From Candidatus Poribacteria bacterium (GTDB lineage: Bacteria; Poribacteria; WGA-4E; WGA-3G), in NCBI GenBank assembly GCA_965205015.1, contig OZ242029.1, positions 2,784,001-2,848,000 of the forward strand: a stretch of 64,000 bases of DNA, written 5' to 3'. The translations under genes and the position numbers were made by a program. Positions within the stretch are counted from its first letter, which is position 1; each line of letters starts with the position of its first letter. This document shows, in pieces, positions 10,928 to 19,978 of the stretch. Under the pieces are notes generated by a model. The model was not told where the DNA came from, did no database searches, and saw nothing but the letters and a program-made list of their open reading frames with translations.

Positions 10928-12037
10928 ATGGAGGTGAATCGTATGCAATTAAGGAAATTCCTGGTTTATATCGCTTTCATCTTCGCGGTATTCCCTGCTT
11001 TTGACGCTTTCCCTTTCTTTGAATCAACCTCCGATTGTCACCCTCGTATAAGAGACGGCTACTTTTCTACGCTCTTGCAAGCCGACCAAAGAGGACTGTG
11101 TGACATCTGTAGCATAGGAGCGATAAACGGCGATTTCATCAGGTTTACATTTGCGAAAATAATTTTTTCAGGGAGGTACCCCAAGATTTCTATTTTCGGG
11201 ACGAAACCCGTGATACCTTCTCTGAGAGTGCCCTGGGCCTGGGATTGGGAGATTGTAAAGAATCCGCGAATGATAATAAAGGGACCTCCGAATCCCTTGG
11301 TTGCGGCTCTGTTAGTTCGCTGGGAAAGTGATATGAAGGATTTCTGGACACTCTCTCGATTCGCAAAATGGCAAGAACGGCAGCAGAGAGAAACCGATGC
11401 CGTAGATGACAGCGTTCGTGGGATGGATCAATTACACGAGCAGGCTGCCTATAAAGCCGCGGTCGCAGGCTTTTATTATACCCTTCACTTAGCCCCAGAG
11501 AAACCCGCAGCCTATTACTATCGCGCGACTGCGAAACTTACACTCGGTGATACCGAATCTACCCTGGGGAATGTCGAGCAAGCCCAACACTTGTATCGGA
11601 CAGCCATTCAAGATTATACCCACGCCATTTCCCGAACCCCCCTGAATACCAATGCCTACGTCTTCCGGAGTTATGCGAAGTTCAGACTGGGTATATTGGC
11701 ATCCGTCGTAGGGAATGTCGAGCAAGCGCAACGCCATTATCACGCAGCGATTGCCGACTGTAGCCAGGCGATAGCACTCTATCAGACGGATGCGGTTGCT
11801 CTCACGGCAGCACTTGCTGTCTATACCGATGTCAGCGATGGCATGCGTGACTATCCGAGTGCTATACGGCTCAGAGAAGCGTATGCGTTTGCCTACCACC
11901 TCCGGGGTCTTGAAAATCAGGCACTCGGACAACACGCTGCGGCAGCCGCCGATCTTCAAAAGGCGAGGGTCCTCCAACTGATGCCAGAATATAGGGGTCC
12001 TTTGGCGCCTACTCTGGGACGGAGATCGGGGTGGTAA
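10928..12037 (+). CDS. Secreted TPR-repeat protein
   Basis: AYYYRA..LG...QA...Y..AI repeats; N-terminal hydrophobic segment. Confidence 0.75.
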   Translation: MEVNRMQLRKFLVYIAFIFAVFPAFDAFPFFESTSDCHPRIRDGYFSTLLQADQRGLCDICSIGAINGDFIRFTFAKIIFSGRYPKISIFGTKPVIPSLRVPWAWDWEIVKNPRMIIKGPPNPLVAALLVRWESDMKDFWTLSRFAKWQERQQRETDAVDDSVRGMDQLHEQAAYKAAVAGFYYTLHLAPEKPAAYYYRATAKLTLGDTESTLGNVEQAQHLYRTAIQDYTHAISRTPLNTNAYVFRSYAKFRLGILASVVGNVEQAQRHYHAAIADCSQAIALYQTDAVALTAALAVYTDVSDGMRDYPSAIRLREAYAFAYHLRGLENQALGQHAAAAADLQKARVLQLMPEYRGPLAPTLGRRSGW

Positions 12038-12130
12038 CGTTTCATCGTGTAGATGTCTGATGATGATACTTTCAACGTAGTCGACGAAATGATGGCAAAT
12101 GGGACAGGGGTCACCTTTACATACATACGT

Positions 12131-12247
12131 TATAGTAAAGTTTAGAATTAATTAGACACTTTAAAGAGGCGAGGATACAATCCTCGCCAGCGGCGGAGAG
12201 GATTGTTTCGCTAAGCAACTGTCTACATATTTTTCGACTTTACTATA
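12131..12247. mobile_element. MITE with TATAGTAAA...TTTACTATA ends and internal palindrome
   Basis: Terminal inverted repeats; internal ggcgaggatacaatcctcgcc shared with the copies at 35698 and 36740. Confidence 0.8.
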
Positions 12248-12395
12248 AAAGATTAAAAGTTTAGATATTTAAGCCTTATCGCGTTTGAACAAGGATTTTA
12301 ATCCTAAAATTAGAGTCCATTGCCAGCACGGGTGTGGAATGGATTTTCCGTAACTGAAAAATCGTCCAAACTTTAGTAACGTAAGGAGCATTCGT

Positions 12396-13376
12396 ATGAA
12401 AAAATGTTTCGGGATCCTCTTAATAATGCTAATCGGCTTGCTTGCGCTTTCTCTCAACAGCTGCCACAAGCCAGTGACAAGCCAAACAGGGACAGTCAAC
12501 GATTCACGAATATCTCCCGTTGCAACGCCACCCCCTGAAGGTATGGTGCTCATCCCTGCTGGCGAGTTTCAAATGGGCAGCAACAATAAGGTAGCAAAGG
12601 TAGTAGCGAACCACAGAGATATCGTGTCTACTACGGACGACGAACACCCTGTGCGCACTGTCTACGTTGAGGCGTTTTACATGGACGAGACCGAAGTCAC
12701 CAACGCAGAATATCAGAAGTTCCTCATCGCAAACCCGCACTGGCGAGACGGATACACTGCGGCGAGACACTCCGGCGGCTATCACTTCCAGCAAGCCAGC
12801 CTCCCCAGCAACGGTTCCTTCCAACAGGTACGGACGCGTGATTACGACTGGCATCTCGAGGACTGGATCGGAGATAACTACCCAAAGGGTAAGGGGAACC
12901 ATCCCGTGACGTATGTGAATTGGTATGAGGCGATGGCGTATGCGAAGTGGGCAGGCAAACGTCTGCCAACAGAGGCGGAGTGGGAGCGTGCTGCGCGGGG
13001 CGGTTTGGTCGGTAAGAAGTATCCGCACGGAGATACCCTAACGCCGCAGGATGCCAACTACGGAGAAAACGTCAGCGATACAACCCCTGTCGGGAGTTAT
13101 CCTGCCAACGCCTACGGTTTATACGATATGGCGGGGAATGTATGGGAATGGTGTCTCGATAAGTCTTATGGTGATTTTTACGGGACACGGGGAATAAAAA
13201 AGTTCCTTAATATTTTCATAAATATTAAGGGGTCCCGCGTCGTGCGCGGCGGCTCCTGGGCCAGTCCAGCTCGAAACGTACGGGTCGCAACTCGCGTCCT
13301 CGGTTCGCCCGTGAGCAGACGGAACTTCGCTGGTTTTCGGTGTGTGAAGGATATATCCCCCGAGAAAACTAAATGA
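12396..13376 (+). CDS. FGE-sulfatase domain lipoprotein
   Basis: Lipobox-like LNSC; RLPTEAEWERAARGG, GLYDMAGNVWEW, GFRC. Confidence 0.9.
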   Translation: MKKCFGILLIMLIGLLALSLNSCHKPVTSQTGTVNDSRISPVATPPPEGMVLIPAGEFQMGSNNKVAKVVANHRDIVSTTDDEHPVRTVYVEAFYMDETEVTNAEYQKFLIANPHWRDGYTAARHSGGYHFQQASLPSNGSFQQVRTRDYDWHLEDWIGDNYPKGKGNHPVTYVNWYEAMAYAKWAGKRLPTEAEWERAARGGLVGKKYPHGDTLTPQDANYGENVSDTTPVGSYPANAYGLYDMAGNVWEWCLDKSYGDFYGTRGIKKFLNIFINIKGSRVVRGGSWASPARNVRVATRVLGSPVSRRNFAGFRCVKDISPEKTK

Positions 13377-13400
13377 CCCTGTAAATCTCCTAAAATTTCC

Positions 13401-13430
13401 TTGACACGACAACACAATTTGTGCTATAAT
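13401..13430 (+). promoter_or_regulatory. sigma70 promoter
   Basis: TTGACA-N18-TATAAT with TG extension. Confidence 0.7.
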
Positions 13431-13474
13431 GCCTATACTGGATTTATCTTTTCAGAAGGTAAGGATATAACGGA

Positions 13475-14095
13475 GTGGCATTCAGCGATTTCAAAGCAAT
13501 TCCTGAAGTTCAAGAGAAATTCAGGATTATTTACACAGTCAACAACTTTATCGGGAGTGCGGTAACTTCAGGTCCTTCACAACAATTCTTGGAAGAACTT
13601 GAGTTTAACATGCAACATATTGATGTTTACGCCTCCGAGAGTGCGCGGTGCGAAGCGGTGATCTTTCCCGTTTTGCGGGAAGTCTACAAAGAATACGCCG
13701 ACCGTTACGCGCTCTGGATCAAGAAACCGCTCGTCTACGATGAGACGCTAAATGGCATCCCCGACTACTTTATCTCGACACGATCTGAACTCGGCATGCT
13801 CGTCGTCGGAAAACCCTTGATAATGCTCGTCGAAGCAAAAAAGAACGATTTTGAGCAGGGGTGGGGGCAATGTCTGTCCGAACTTGTAGCTGCACAAAAA
13901 ATCAATGCTGATGCGGAGGTCCCTGTGTATGGCGTGGTCAGTGATGGAACCTGGTGGCAATTCGGGCACCTCGTTAGGGACACCTTTACCCGAAACCGAC
14001 AGAGTTTTAGTGTGGACAATCTACATACCCTCTTCGGTGCGATTCATACCATCTTCAAAACAGCAACGGCGCACGATGCTCCTAAAACGTTATAG
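13475..14095 (+). CDS. Hypothetical protein, PD-(D/E)XK restriction-endonuclease-like fold
   Basis: GIPDY...VEAKK..FEQGWGQC..EL.AAQ...YGVVSDG..WQF. Confidence 0.7.
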   Translation: MAFSDFKAIPEVQEKFRIIYTVNNFIGSAVTSGPSQQFLEELEFNMQHIDVYASESARCEAVIFPVLREVYKEYADRYALWIKKPLVYDETLNGIPDYFISTRSELGMLVVGKPLIMLVEAKKNDFEQGWGQCLSELVAAQKINADAEVPVYGVVSDGTWWQFGHLVRDTFTRNRQSFSVDNLHTLFGAIHTIFKTATAHDAPKTL

Positions 14096-14203
14096 TGCTC
14101 ACAGCTGAACAGCCTAACAGGCTCTGCTACAAAAGAGCATACCACCTAAGACGTTATAATGCCAAAAGGCTTCCAAAGTTCCATAAACCTTCTGAACTTT
14201 CCT

Positions 14204-15592
14204 CTATTCGGACATTGGCAACCGCATTGAGACCGTGGTCCCTTCACCGAGGGTGCTGTGAATCTCTACCGTGCCGCCATGCTCTTCAAGAATCCGTTTG
14301 ACATTCGCCAATCCAAGTCCGGTTCCTCTCGTCTTCCGAGTGAAAAACGGTTCAAAGAGATGTTCTAAATCCGCCGCTGGTATCCCGGTGCCCGTATCCT
14401 TAACCTTGATACAAACGCTATCATTTTCCGTAAAGGTGGACACCCGCAGCACGCCACCTTGCGGCATCGCCTCCATTGCATTCAATATCACATTCATAAA
14501 TGCCTGTTTCAATTTGTCTGAATCAAATTGGATTTCTGGGGTTTCAGGTAACACGTCTAAGACGAGTTGGATTTTGTGGTGCGCTAAGTTGGCTTCCATC
14601 AAAGATAGAACGGCTTTTAGGATAGGTGCAATCGGTTGTTGCTTGAGGTCGAGCGACGAAGGACGTGCGAAGTCCATTAAACCTTTCACGATGGTATCAA
14701 TCCGTTCAATCTCTTCAAGGATATAGCGAACGGATTGCTGATGCTTCGCTCCCGACATTTCGGGTTTCTGCATCAACATCTGTGCTAACATCCGCATAGA
14801 TGACAACGGATTTCGGATCTCGTGCGCAAATGAGGCGGACATTTTTCCCGCTGTCGCCAAGCGTTCCGCTTGGATTAGCTGATCTCTGGACTGCTTGAGG
14901 TCCCTTGTCATCTGGTTGAACGCAGCCGCGAGATCGCCAATTTCATCGTGCGTTTTAATCTCACACTGCTCGTCCAGGTCGCCCGTCGCGACGCGCGTCG
15001 TAGAATCGACCAAAATTTTGATCGGGTTCGTCAAGTTCTTACCGATACGATAACTGATAAAAGCAATCAGTGCCATAACGAGAACAGCAATACCTAACAT
15101 ATACCACGTCAGGGTCCGCTTCGCTTCGGCGATCTTTTCCATCGGACGCAATAGGCAGTAGAACCGTTCCGGTGGGAGCGAGAGGTAAAAAACCTTGTAA
15201 GGCTTTCCAACGAGCGTCACATCGTGTGTAATCGGGATGTTGCTGGCTTCTCGGAAATGATCTTTTACTTCACGCAACCGCATTTTTTTCGCCAAATTCG
15301 CCCAATTCTGCTCAGCATCGGAAAGTCCACTCACCGTACTGTCATTAAGCGTGTAATCGGAACCGAAAACCATAATTTCGACACTATACGCTTTCTTGAT
15401 TTTTTCACTGGGTTCCCGAATAAATCCAGTTTCTACAATGGTGTCGAGCCATCCTTGGGTTTCACGTGTAAATTGTTCACTGTACTTCCACGCAAACAAT
15501 TCAACTGTTAGCAACGGTACAAAGATAGTGACACACGCAAATAGAAGCAAAAATGGGAGAACGATTTTGGTTTGAATGCTATACCGACGCAT
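14204..15592 (-). CDS. HAMP sensor histidine kinase
   Basis: Two TMs, HAMP, AHEIRNPL H-box, NA.EAM, DTGTGI, GTGLGL. Confidence 0.93.
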   Translation of the reverse strand: MRRYSIQTKIVLPFLLLFACVTIFVPLLTVELFAWKYSEQFTRETQGWLDTIVETGFIREPSEKIKKAYSVEIMVFGSDYTLNDSTVSGLSDAEQNWANLAKKMRLREVKDHFREASNIPITHDVTLVGKPYKVFYLSLPPERFYCLLRPMEKIAEAKRTLTWYMLGIAVLVMALIAFISYRIGKNLTNPIKILVDSTTRVATGDLDEQCEIKTHDEIGDLAAAFNQMTRDLKQSRDQLIQAERLATAGKMSASFAHEIRNPLSSMRMLAQMLMQKPEMSGAKHQQSVRYILEEIERIDTIVKGLMDFARPSSLDLKQQPIAPILKAVLSLMEANLAHHKIQLVLDVLPETPEIQFDSDKLKQAFMNVILNAMEAMPQGGVLRVSTFTENDSVCIKVKDTGTGIPAADLEHLFEPFFTRKTRGTGLGLANVKRILEEHGGTVEIHSTLGEGTTVSMRLPMSE

Positions 15593-15752
15593 CAGAATCT
15601 CTCTTTTGGATTACAACTTGGGGTCGTTTCTGCAAAATCTAAGGTTGCTGTTAGTATACTGCAAAGGAGCTGGCATGTCAAGGTTTCACCCGCACTCACC
15701 GCACAGACGGGTCTTGTGCCTGCCTACACATGACTCTCAGATTACGAAAAAA

Positions 15753-15845
15753 CGAACAAAAACCTTCTTTAATCTGTCTAAAAATATGGGAAAAGACGAA
15801 CGCATACTAAGAAATTGGAACTTTCTGACGCCTACGGTGTGTAAA
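15753..15845 (+). promoter_or_regulatory. Candidate ECF (RpoE-like) promoters upstream of the sigma gene
   Basis: GAACAA-N16-GTCTAA (15754-15781) and GGAACTT-N16-TGTAA (15817-15844). Confidence 0.3.
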
Positions 15846-15921
15846 TTTTAAGCCGGTTTACGTTCACTTGTAGCATTGTGATCCAAATCCCTTAAACTGA
15901 ACTTGATATGGAGAAAAAAAC

Positions 15922-16566
15922 ATGACGAATCCCCAAAAACCGACCCCTGTGTACACAGCGTCGGAGCTTGAACAGATTGACGAGGACGAACTCGTCAAGC
16001 GGTTTCAAAATGGTGACATAGAGGCTTTTAATCCGCTCGTTCTTAAATATCAGAAGAAAATATATAATCTCGTTTATCAGCAAATTCGTGATCGAGAAGT
16101 AGCAAAAGATATTAGCCAAGAGGTCTTTTTAAAAGCGTTTAAAGCGCTGCCTAACTTCAAGGGGGGTTCTGCGTTTTACAGCTGGATTTACCGCATTGCT
16201 ATCAATAGTAGTATCGACTTTCAGCGGCGGTGTAACCGTAATAAAGTACTGACGTTTGAAGAATTACCCCCTGATGCCGACGAAGTCCTGAGGATGTCGG
16301 ATGCTCACCCGTCGCCCGAGAAACTTCTTGAGGAAAAGGAACTGGGTAAGATCATTCGGAAGGCAGTGCGGAAACTCCCACCGGGTCAGCGTCGTGTTTT
16401 TAATCTTCGGCACCGAAGAGAACTGGCAATTAAGGAGATCGCGGTGTTGTTAAACAGATCGGAAGGTACCATTAAGACACACTTACACCACGCGCATCGG
16501 CGTCTCCAAGGCATGCTGCTCCCCTACCTACGCGATGAACCCCTGGAATGGCATTCAGAAACTTAG
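15922..16566 (+). CDS. ECF RNA polymerase sigma factor (RpoE-like)
   Basis: Region 2 DISQEVFLKAFKAL..F.G.SAFYSWIYRIAIN; region 4 EIAVLLNRSEGTIKTHLHHA. Confidence 0.92.
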   Translation: MTNPQKPTPVYTASELEQIDEDELVKRFQNGDIEAFNPLVLKYQKKIYNLVYQQIRDREVAKDISQEVFLKAFKALPNFKGGSAFYSWIYRIAINSSIDFQRRCNRNKVLTFEELPPDADEVLRMSDAHPSPEKLLEEKELGKIIRKAVRKLPPGQRRVFNLRHRRELAIKEIAVLLNRSEGTIKTHLHHAHRRLQGMLLPYLRDEPLEWHSET

Positions 16567-16584
16567 GATGCAGTAACAATTTCC

Positions 16585-16613
16585 TTGACACCATATTTTT
16601 TATGTGGTATAAT
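16585..16613 (+). promoter_or_regulatory. sigma70 promoter of the tRNA cluster
   Basis: Perfect TTGACA-N17-TATAAT. Confidence 0.85.
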
Positions 16614-16638
16614 TAAGAAATGGAGATTTGTGAAATTA

Positions 16639-16726
16639 GGTGGGATGGCTGAGTGGACGAAAGCGGCGGTCTTGAAAACCGTTATGGCGCAAGCCATCGT
16701 GGGTTCGAATCCTACTCCCACCGCCA
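16639..16726 (+). tRNA. tRNA-Ser(TGA)
   Basis: Acceptor GGTGGGA/TCCCACC, anticodon loop CTTGAAA, long variable arm, GTTCGAATC, encoded CCA. Confidence 0.95.
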
Positions 16727-16730
16727 TTAT

Positions 16731-18197
16731 CTAAACTTCCGAGACGAAAACCCAATGCTTTAGTTTTGGGATACAGTCTCGCCCTCTTGGAAAGGACCAA
16801 AGCGTTCATTTTTTGCTTGACATTTGGTCCGAAAGTGTGGTATAATGAGAATATCAAGTTGGACCGACATATACAGCATAACCGCAAGGTTACGTGTCGG
16901 TCCCACCCACTTTGCGGGGGTTAAAGACTTGAGACTTGAAAGTCCATGCGAAACACGACCCATAAACTTTTCAAGGATAAGACGTTGCGTCACTTGCACG
17001 ACGATTGCAATATCTGTGGCGTTGTGAAAAATCATTTTTTGGCACTCTGTATGCGATATTACCGCCGCTATGGGAAAGGACTTTCGTATGCGAAACTGTC
17101 GAAACATTTGACGAAACTGAAGAAACTTGAGAAGTATCAGCATTGGAATATCCCTTACTCTTGGGCGTTGCAAAATGTGCTAAAACGGTTAGCACAAACT
17201 TTTCGTGAAATGAAAACATTGGGCAGAGGTCACCCGAAGTTCAAGTCGTGTAAGAAACACAAAGGGATGACGTTTCGGGGTGAACAGGTCAAACTTGAAA
17301 AAGTGTTGGATAAGCAGAAGAACCAAAGAAATCACCCGACCTATAAAATCCGACTGAATGGACGTTGGTATCGCTTCGCCCTGCATCGTGAAATCGAGGG
17401 ACACATCATCGAAGTTCATGTAACACGAGATGCGCTCGGAGATATGTATATTACGCTGACAGAAGACTATACCGAAATCAAGATCGAACCCAAGACGGGT
17501 AAAGCTGAAGGGTTTGATATGGGTATTACGGACTTTCTGATTGGTAGTGATGGTCATAGATATACGTCTCCGATGTTCTACAAACAGAACGCTGAAAAGT
17601 TAGCGAAAGCACAAAAGGCGTATTCCCGCAAGGTCAAAGGGTCTAACAACCAAGAGAGGGAACGCAAGACCGTTGCGCGTATCCACAAGAAAACGGCGAA
17701 CCAACGGACAGATCACCATTGGAAACTGGCGATAGAACTGTGTCGTAAGTTTGATATACTGTTCTTTGAAGACCTGAACCTTTCGGGTATGAAACGCTTG
17801 TGGGGGAAACAGGTCTCCGATCTTGCGTTTGGTGAGTTCCTGCGGAAACTCAAGCACCAGTCTCATAAGCGTATTCGCTCCGTGCTGAAAATCAATCGGT
17901 GGTCTCCGACGACAAAAGTCTGTTGTGTTTGTGGACATAAAAATCAAAACCTCACGTTAGCAGATCGTTCTTGGAGGTGTCCGAGTTGCGATACGCACCT
18001 TGACCGAGACGAGAACGCTGCGATGAATATTCTTAAGGAAGGGATAGCTTCCTTTGGCTTAGGGGTTGTAAGTCCTATTGTTTTGTTTGACAAGATCGTA
18101 GGCTGCTCCGTTGAATCCAACCATCCGATTCTGAAATCCACAAATGCTTCTGCATAACGATTGCAGAAGCCCAAGTCTTTAGACTTGGGTCTATCAC
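16731..18197 (+). mobile_element. IS200/IS605-family TnpB-only (IS1341-type) element; boundaries approximate
   Basis: Subterminal hairpins cccaatgc-ttta-gttttggg (left) and cccaagtc-ttta-gacttggg (right); starts after TTAT and ends in TCAC; internal TTGACA-N18-TATAAT at 16817-16846. Confidence 0.75.
16946..18157 (+). CDS. tnpB: RNA-guided endonuclease TnpB
   Basis: RuvC motifs GFDMG, FFEDL, DRDENAA; Zn finger CCVC...CPSC. Confidence 0.93.
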   Translation: MRNTTHKLFKDKTLRHLHDDCNICGVVKNHFLALCMRYYRRYGKGLSYAKLSKHLTKLKKLEKYQHWNIPYSWALQNVLKRLAQTFREMKTLGRGHPKFKSCKKHKGMTFRGEQVKLEKVLDKQKNQRNHPTYKIRLNGRWYRFALHREIEGHIIEVHVTRDALGDMYITLTEDYTEIKIEPKTGKAEGFDMGITDFLIGSDGHRYTSPMFYKQNAEKLAKAQKAYSRKVKGSNNQERERKTVARIHKKTANQRTDHHWKLAIELCRKFDILFFEDLNLSGMKRLWGKQVSDLAFGEFLRKLKHQSHKRIRSVLKINRWSPTTKVCCVCGHKNQNLTLADRSWRCPSCDTHLDRDENAAMNILKEGIASFGLGVVSPIVLFDKIVGCSVESNHPILKSTNASA

Positions 18198-18214
18198 AGT
18201 ATAGGGATAAAAAG

Positions 18215-18305
18215 GGTTGGAATGGGCGAACTCGGCGGTCTTGTCATTTGATAAAGGGCGTTATGGCGTAAGCCATCGTGGGTTTGAATCCTACTTCCAC
18301 CGCCA
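18215..18305 (+). pseudogene. Degenerate copy of tRNA-Ser(TGA)
   Basis: 18259-18305 matches the last 47 nt of 16639-16726 with 3 mismatches; cggcggtcttg retained, anticodon loop replaced by a longer sequence. Confidence 0.7.
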
Positions 18306-18308
18306 TAG

Positions 18309-18393
18309 GGAGAGGTGCAGGAGTGGTTGAACTGGACTGCCTGCTAAGCAGTTATGGCGTAAGCCATCGTGGGTTCGAATCCCACCCTCTCCG
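18309..18393 (+). tRNA. tRNA-Ser(GCT)
   Basis: GGAGAGG/CCTCTCC acceptor, loop CTGCTAA, long variable arm. Confidence 0.95.
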
Positions 18394-18401
18394 TTCACTA
18401 C

Positions 18402-18475
18402 GCGCCTGTAGCTCAGTGGATTAGAGCATCTGACTACGGATCAGAAGGCCAGGGGTTCGAATCCTCTCAGGCGCT
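18402..18475 (+). tRNA. tRNA-Arg(ACG)
   Basis: GCGCCTG/CAGGCGC acceptor, loop CTACGGA. Confidence 0.95.
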
Positions 18476-18497
18476 TCAAGGGACCTTCGCTGAAAAT

Positions 18498-18953
18498 TTG
18501 GATACCGATTTATTCTGGATGGAACACGCTCTCAAATTAGCGCAACAGGCAGGCGAAAAGGGAGAAGTACCTGTTGGGGCGCTGCTTGTTAAGAGCGGTG
18601 TTCTGATCGCTGAGGCATTTAACTTACGCGAGACACGCGGCAGTCCTATTGCCCACGCGGAAATGCTTGTCCTACAAGCCGCATCTGAAAAAATTGGTAA
18701 CTGGCGATTTGTTGATACGACGCTCTATGTGACATTGGAACCTTGTCCGATGTGTGCTGGCGCGATTGTTTTGGCGCGCGTTCCAAGAGTTGTTTACGCA
18801 ACAACAGACCCGAAATCAGGGGCAGCCGGAACGCTTTATAATATCCTTCAAGATGCGCGACTGAATCATCGGGTTGAATTGGTAAGCGGGGTATTAGCGG
18901 AAGAAAGCAGTGCCTTGCTGAAGTCCTTTTTTCAGCAGCGCCGCCAGAAATAG
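18498..18953 (+). CDS. tadA: tRNA adenosine(34) deaminase
   Basis: GEVPVGA, AHAE, TLEPCPMC; start placed at TTG 18498 because the ORF-track start lies inside the tRNAs. Confidence 0.93.
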   Translation: MDTDLFWMEHALKLAQQAGEKGEVPVGALLVKSGVLIAEAFNLRETRGSPIAHAEMLVLQAASEKIGNWRFVDTTLYVTLEPCPMCAGAIVLARVPRVVYATTDPKSGAAGTLYNILQDARLNHRVELVSGVLAEESSALLKSFFQQRRQK

Positions 18954-18979
18954 CAATTATAGAAATAAGTGGGCATCTT

Positions 18980-19006
18980 GTAGGGGCGGGTCTCGTGCCT
19001 GCTTAC
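18980..19006. repeat. GTAG-type REP palindrome
   Basis: gtaggggcgggtctcgtgcctgcttac; relatives at 19498-19524, 25889-25914, 31112-31138, 39850-39876 and 4555-4577. Confidence 0.7.
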
Positions 19007-19022
19007 TACTGATACCCAATAA

Positions 19023-19107
19023 GGAGAGATGCAGGAGTGGTTGAACTGGACAGTCTCGAAAACTGTTGTGGCGCAAGTCACCGTGGGTTCGAATCCCACT
19101 CTCTCCG
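19023..19107 (+). tRNA. tRNA-Ser(CGA)
   Basis: GGAGAGA/TCTCTCC acceptor, loop CTCGAAA, long variable arm. Confidence 0.95.
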
Positions 19108-19215
19108 TTTTTCATCTTTTTCGGCGTCGAGTTGTAAAGCGTAAGCGGCTCAAGCATCGTAGCGGTTGCGTGTTGTGTGAATTCCGCAAGTTGCTCTTTA
19201 ACTAACAACCATTAC

Positions 19216-19288
19216 GGGGCAGTAGCTCAGTTGGGAGAGTGCATCCCTCGCACGGATGAGGTCACGGGTTCAAATCCCGTCTGCTCCA
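19216..19288 (+). tRNA. tRNA-Ala(CGC)
   Basis: GGGGCAG/CTGCTCC acceptor with G3:U70; loop CTCGCAC. Confidence 0.93.
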
Positions 19289-19387
19289 TATGAAACTTCG
19301 ACCTGAGAATTAGGTCGAAATTTATTTTTAAACCAGATTGCCCATCTCAGACGCGCGCGGCGTCATGAGATGTCCTAAAAATTTTAC

Positions 19388-19479
19388 GGAGAGATGCAGG
19401 AGTTGGTTGAACTGGCATGACTGGAAATCATGTGTGCTGTTTTGCAGTACCGTGGGTTCGAATCCCACTCTCTCCGCCA
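19388..19479 (+). tRNA. tRNA-Ser(GGA)
   Basis: Loop CTGGAAA, long variable arm, encoded CCA. Confidence 0.95.
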
Positions 19480-19544
19480 CTTTTGACGCAATTTGCTGTA
19501 GAGGCGAGGTCACCTCGCCCCTACTGTTGAAATAATTAACGCCT

Positions 19545-19815
19545 TGGCTATGCTAGGTGGGGAGGTAGCGGTGCCCTGTATCTGCAATCCGCTAAAGCAG
19601 AACTGAATCCCCGGTATGCGGCCTGTTTTTGTGGGGACTGTCCCACGCACGTGGTGTTGAGGGTTGGGTCTTGAGCAACGGGCGCTTATTGAACCCCGTC
19701 AGGTCCGGAAGGAAGCAGCGGTAGATGAGTTGCTCGTGTGACGCAAGGGTGCCTGACCTGAGCTAACGACGCGGGCAACGCTTGGAGAAGCTTGTCAACC
19801 CTGGGTGCATAGTCA
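19545..19815 (+). ncRNA. ffs: Large bacterial SRP RNA (Alu-domain type)
   Basis: GGGGAGGTAGCGGTGCCCTGTA..TGCAATCCGC 5' domain; helix 8 TCAGGTCCGGAAGGAAGCAGC; ends pair (tggctatgc/gcatagtca); lies upstream of dnaX. Confidence 0.93.
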
Positions 19816-19827
19816 TCTTTCTGAATG

Positions 19828-19962
19828 GCAGTCGGTTATCGGTTTTCAGTGAAAGAGGTCTTGATGTAACAATTCCGCATTTCCTGCGTGTAGGCTAAAT
19901 TTGGGTAGATTGTTACAAAGGTGGCTCTTAACCGACTGCCGATGCCTGACAACTGAAAACTA
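19828..19962. repeat. Heptamer-periodic palindromic element
   Basis: Left arm gtcggttatcggttttcagt..AAGAG, right arm CTCTT-aaccgactgccgatgcctgacaactgaaaac; relatives at 23861-23988, 31089-31225, 32314-32406 and 61272-61371. Confidence 0.7.
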
Positions 19963-19978
19963 TGGAAAGGATTGCCTG

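Noticed and set aside
16639-16726. tRNA with TGA in the anticodon loop as a possible tRNA-Sec or opal suppressor
   Set aside because: Anticodon UGA reads the Ser codon UCA. tRNA-Sec needs anticodon UCA and an 8-bp acceptor stem. No sel genes are visible in this window.
18369-18497. ORF-track N-terminal extension of tadA and small ORFs over 16636-19535
   Set aside because: They overlap tRNA genes and are not credible coding sequence.
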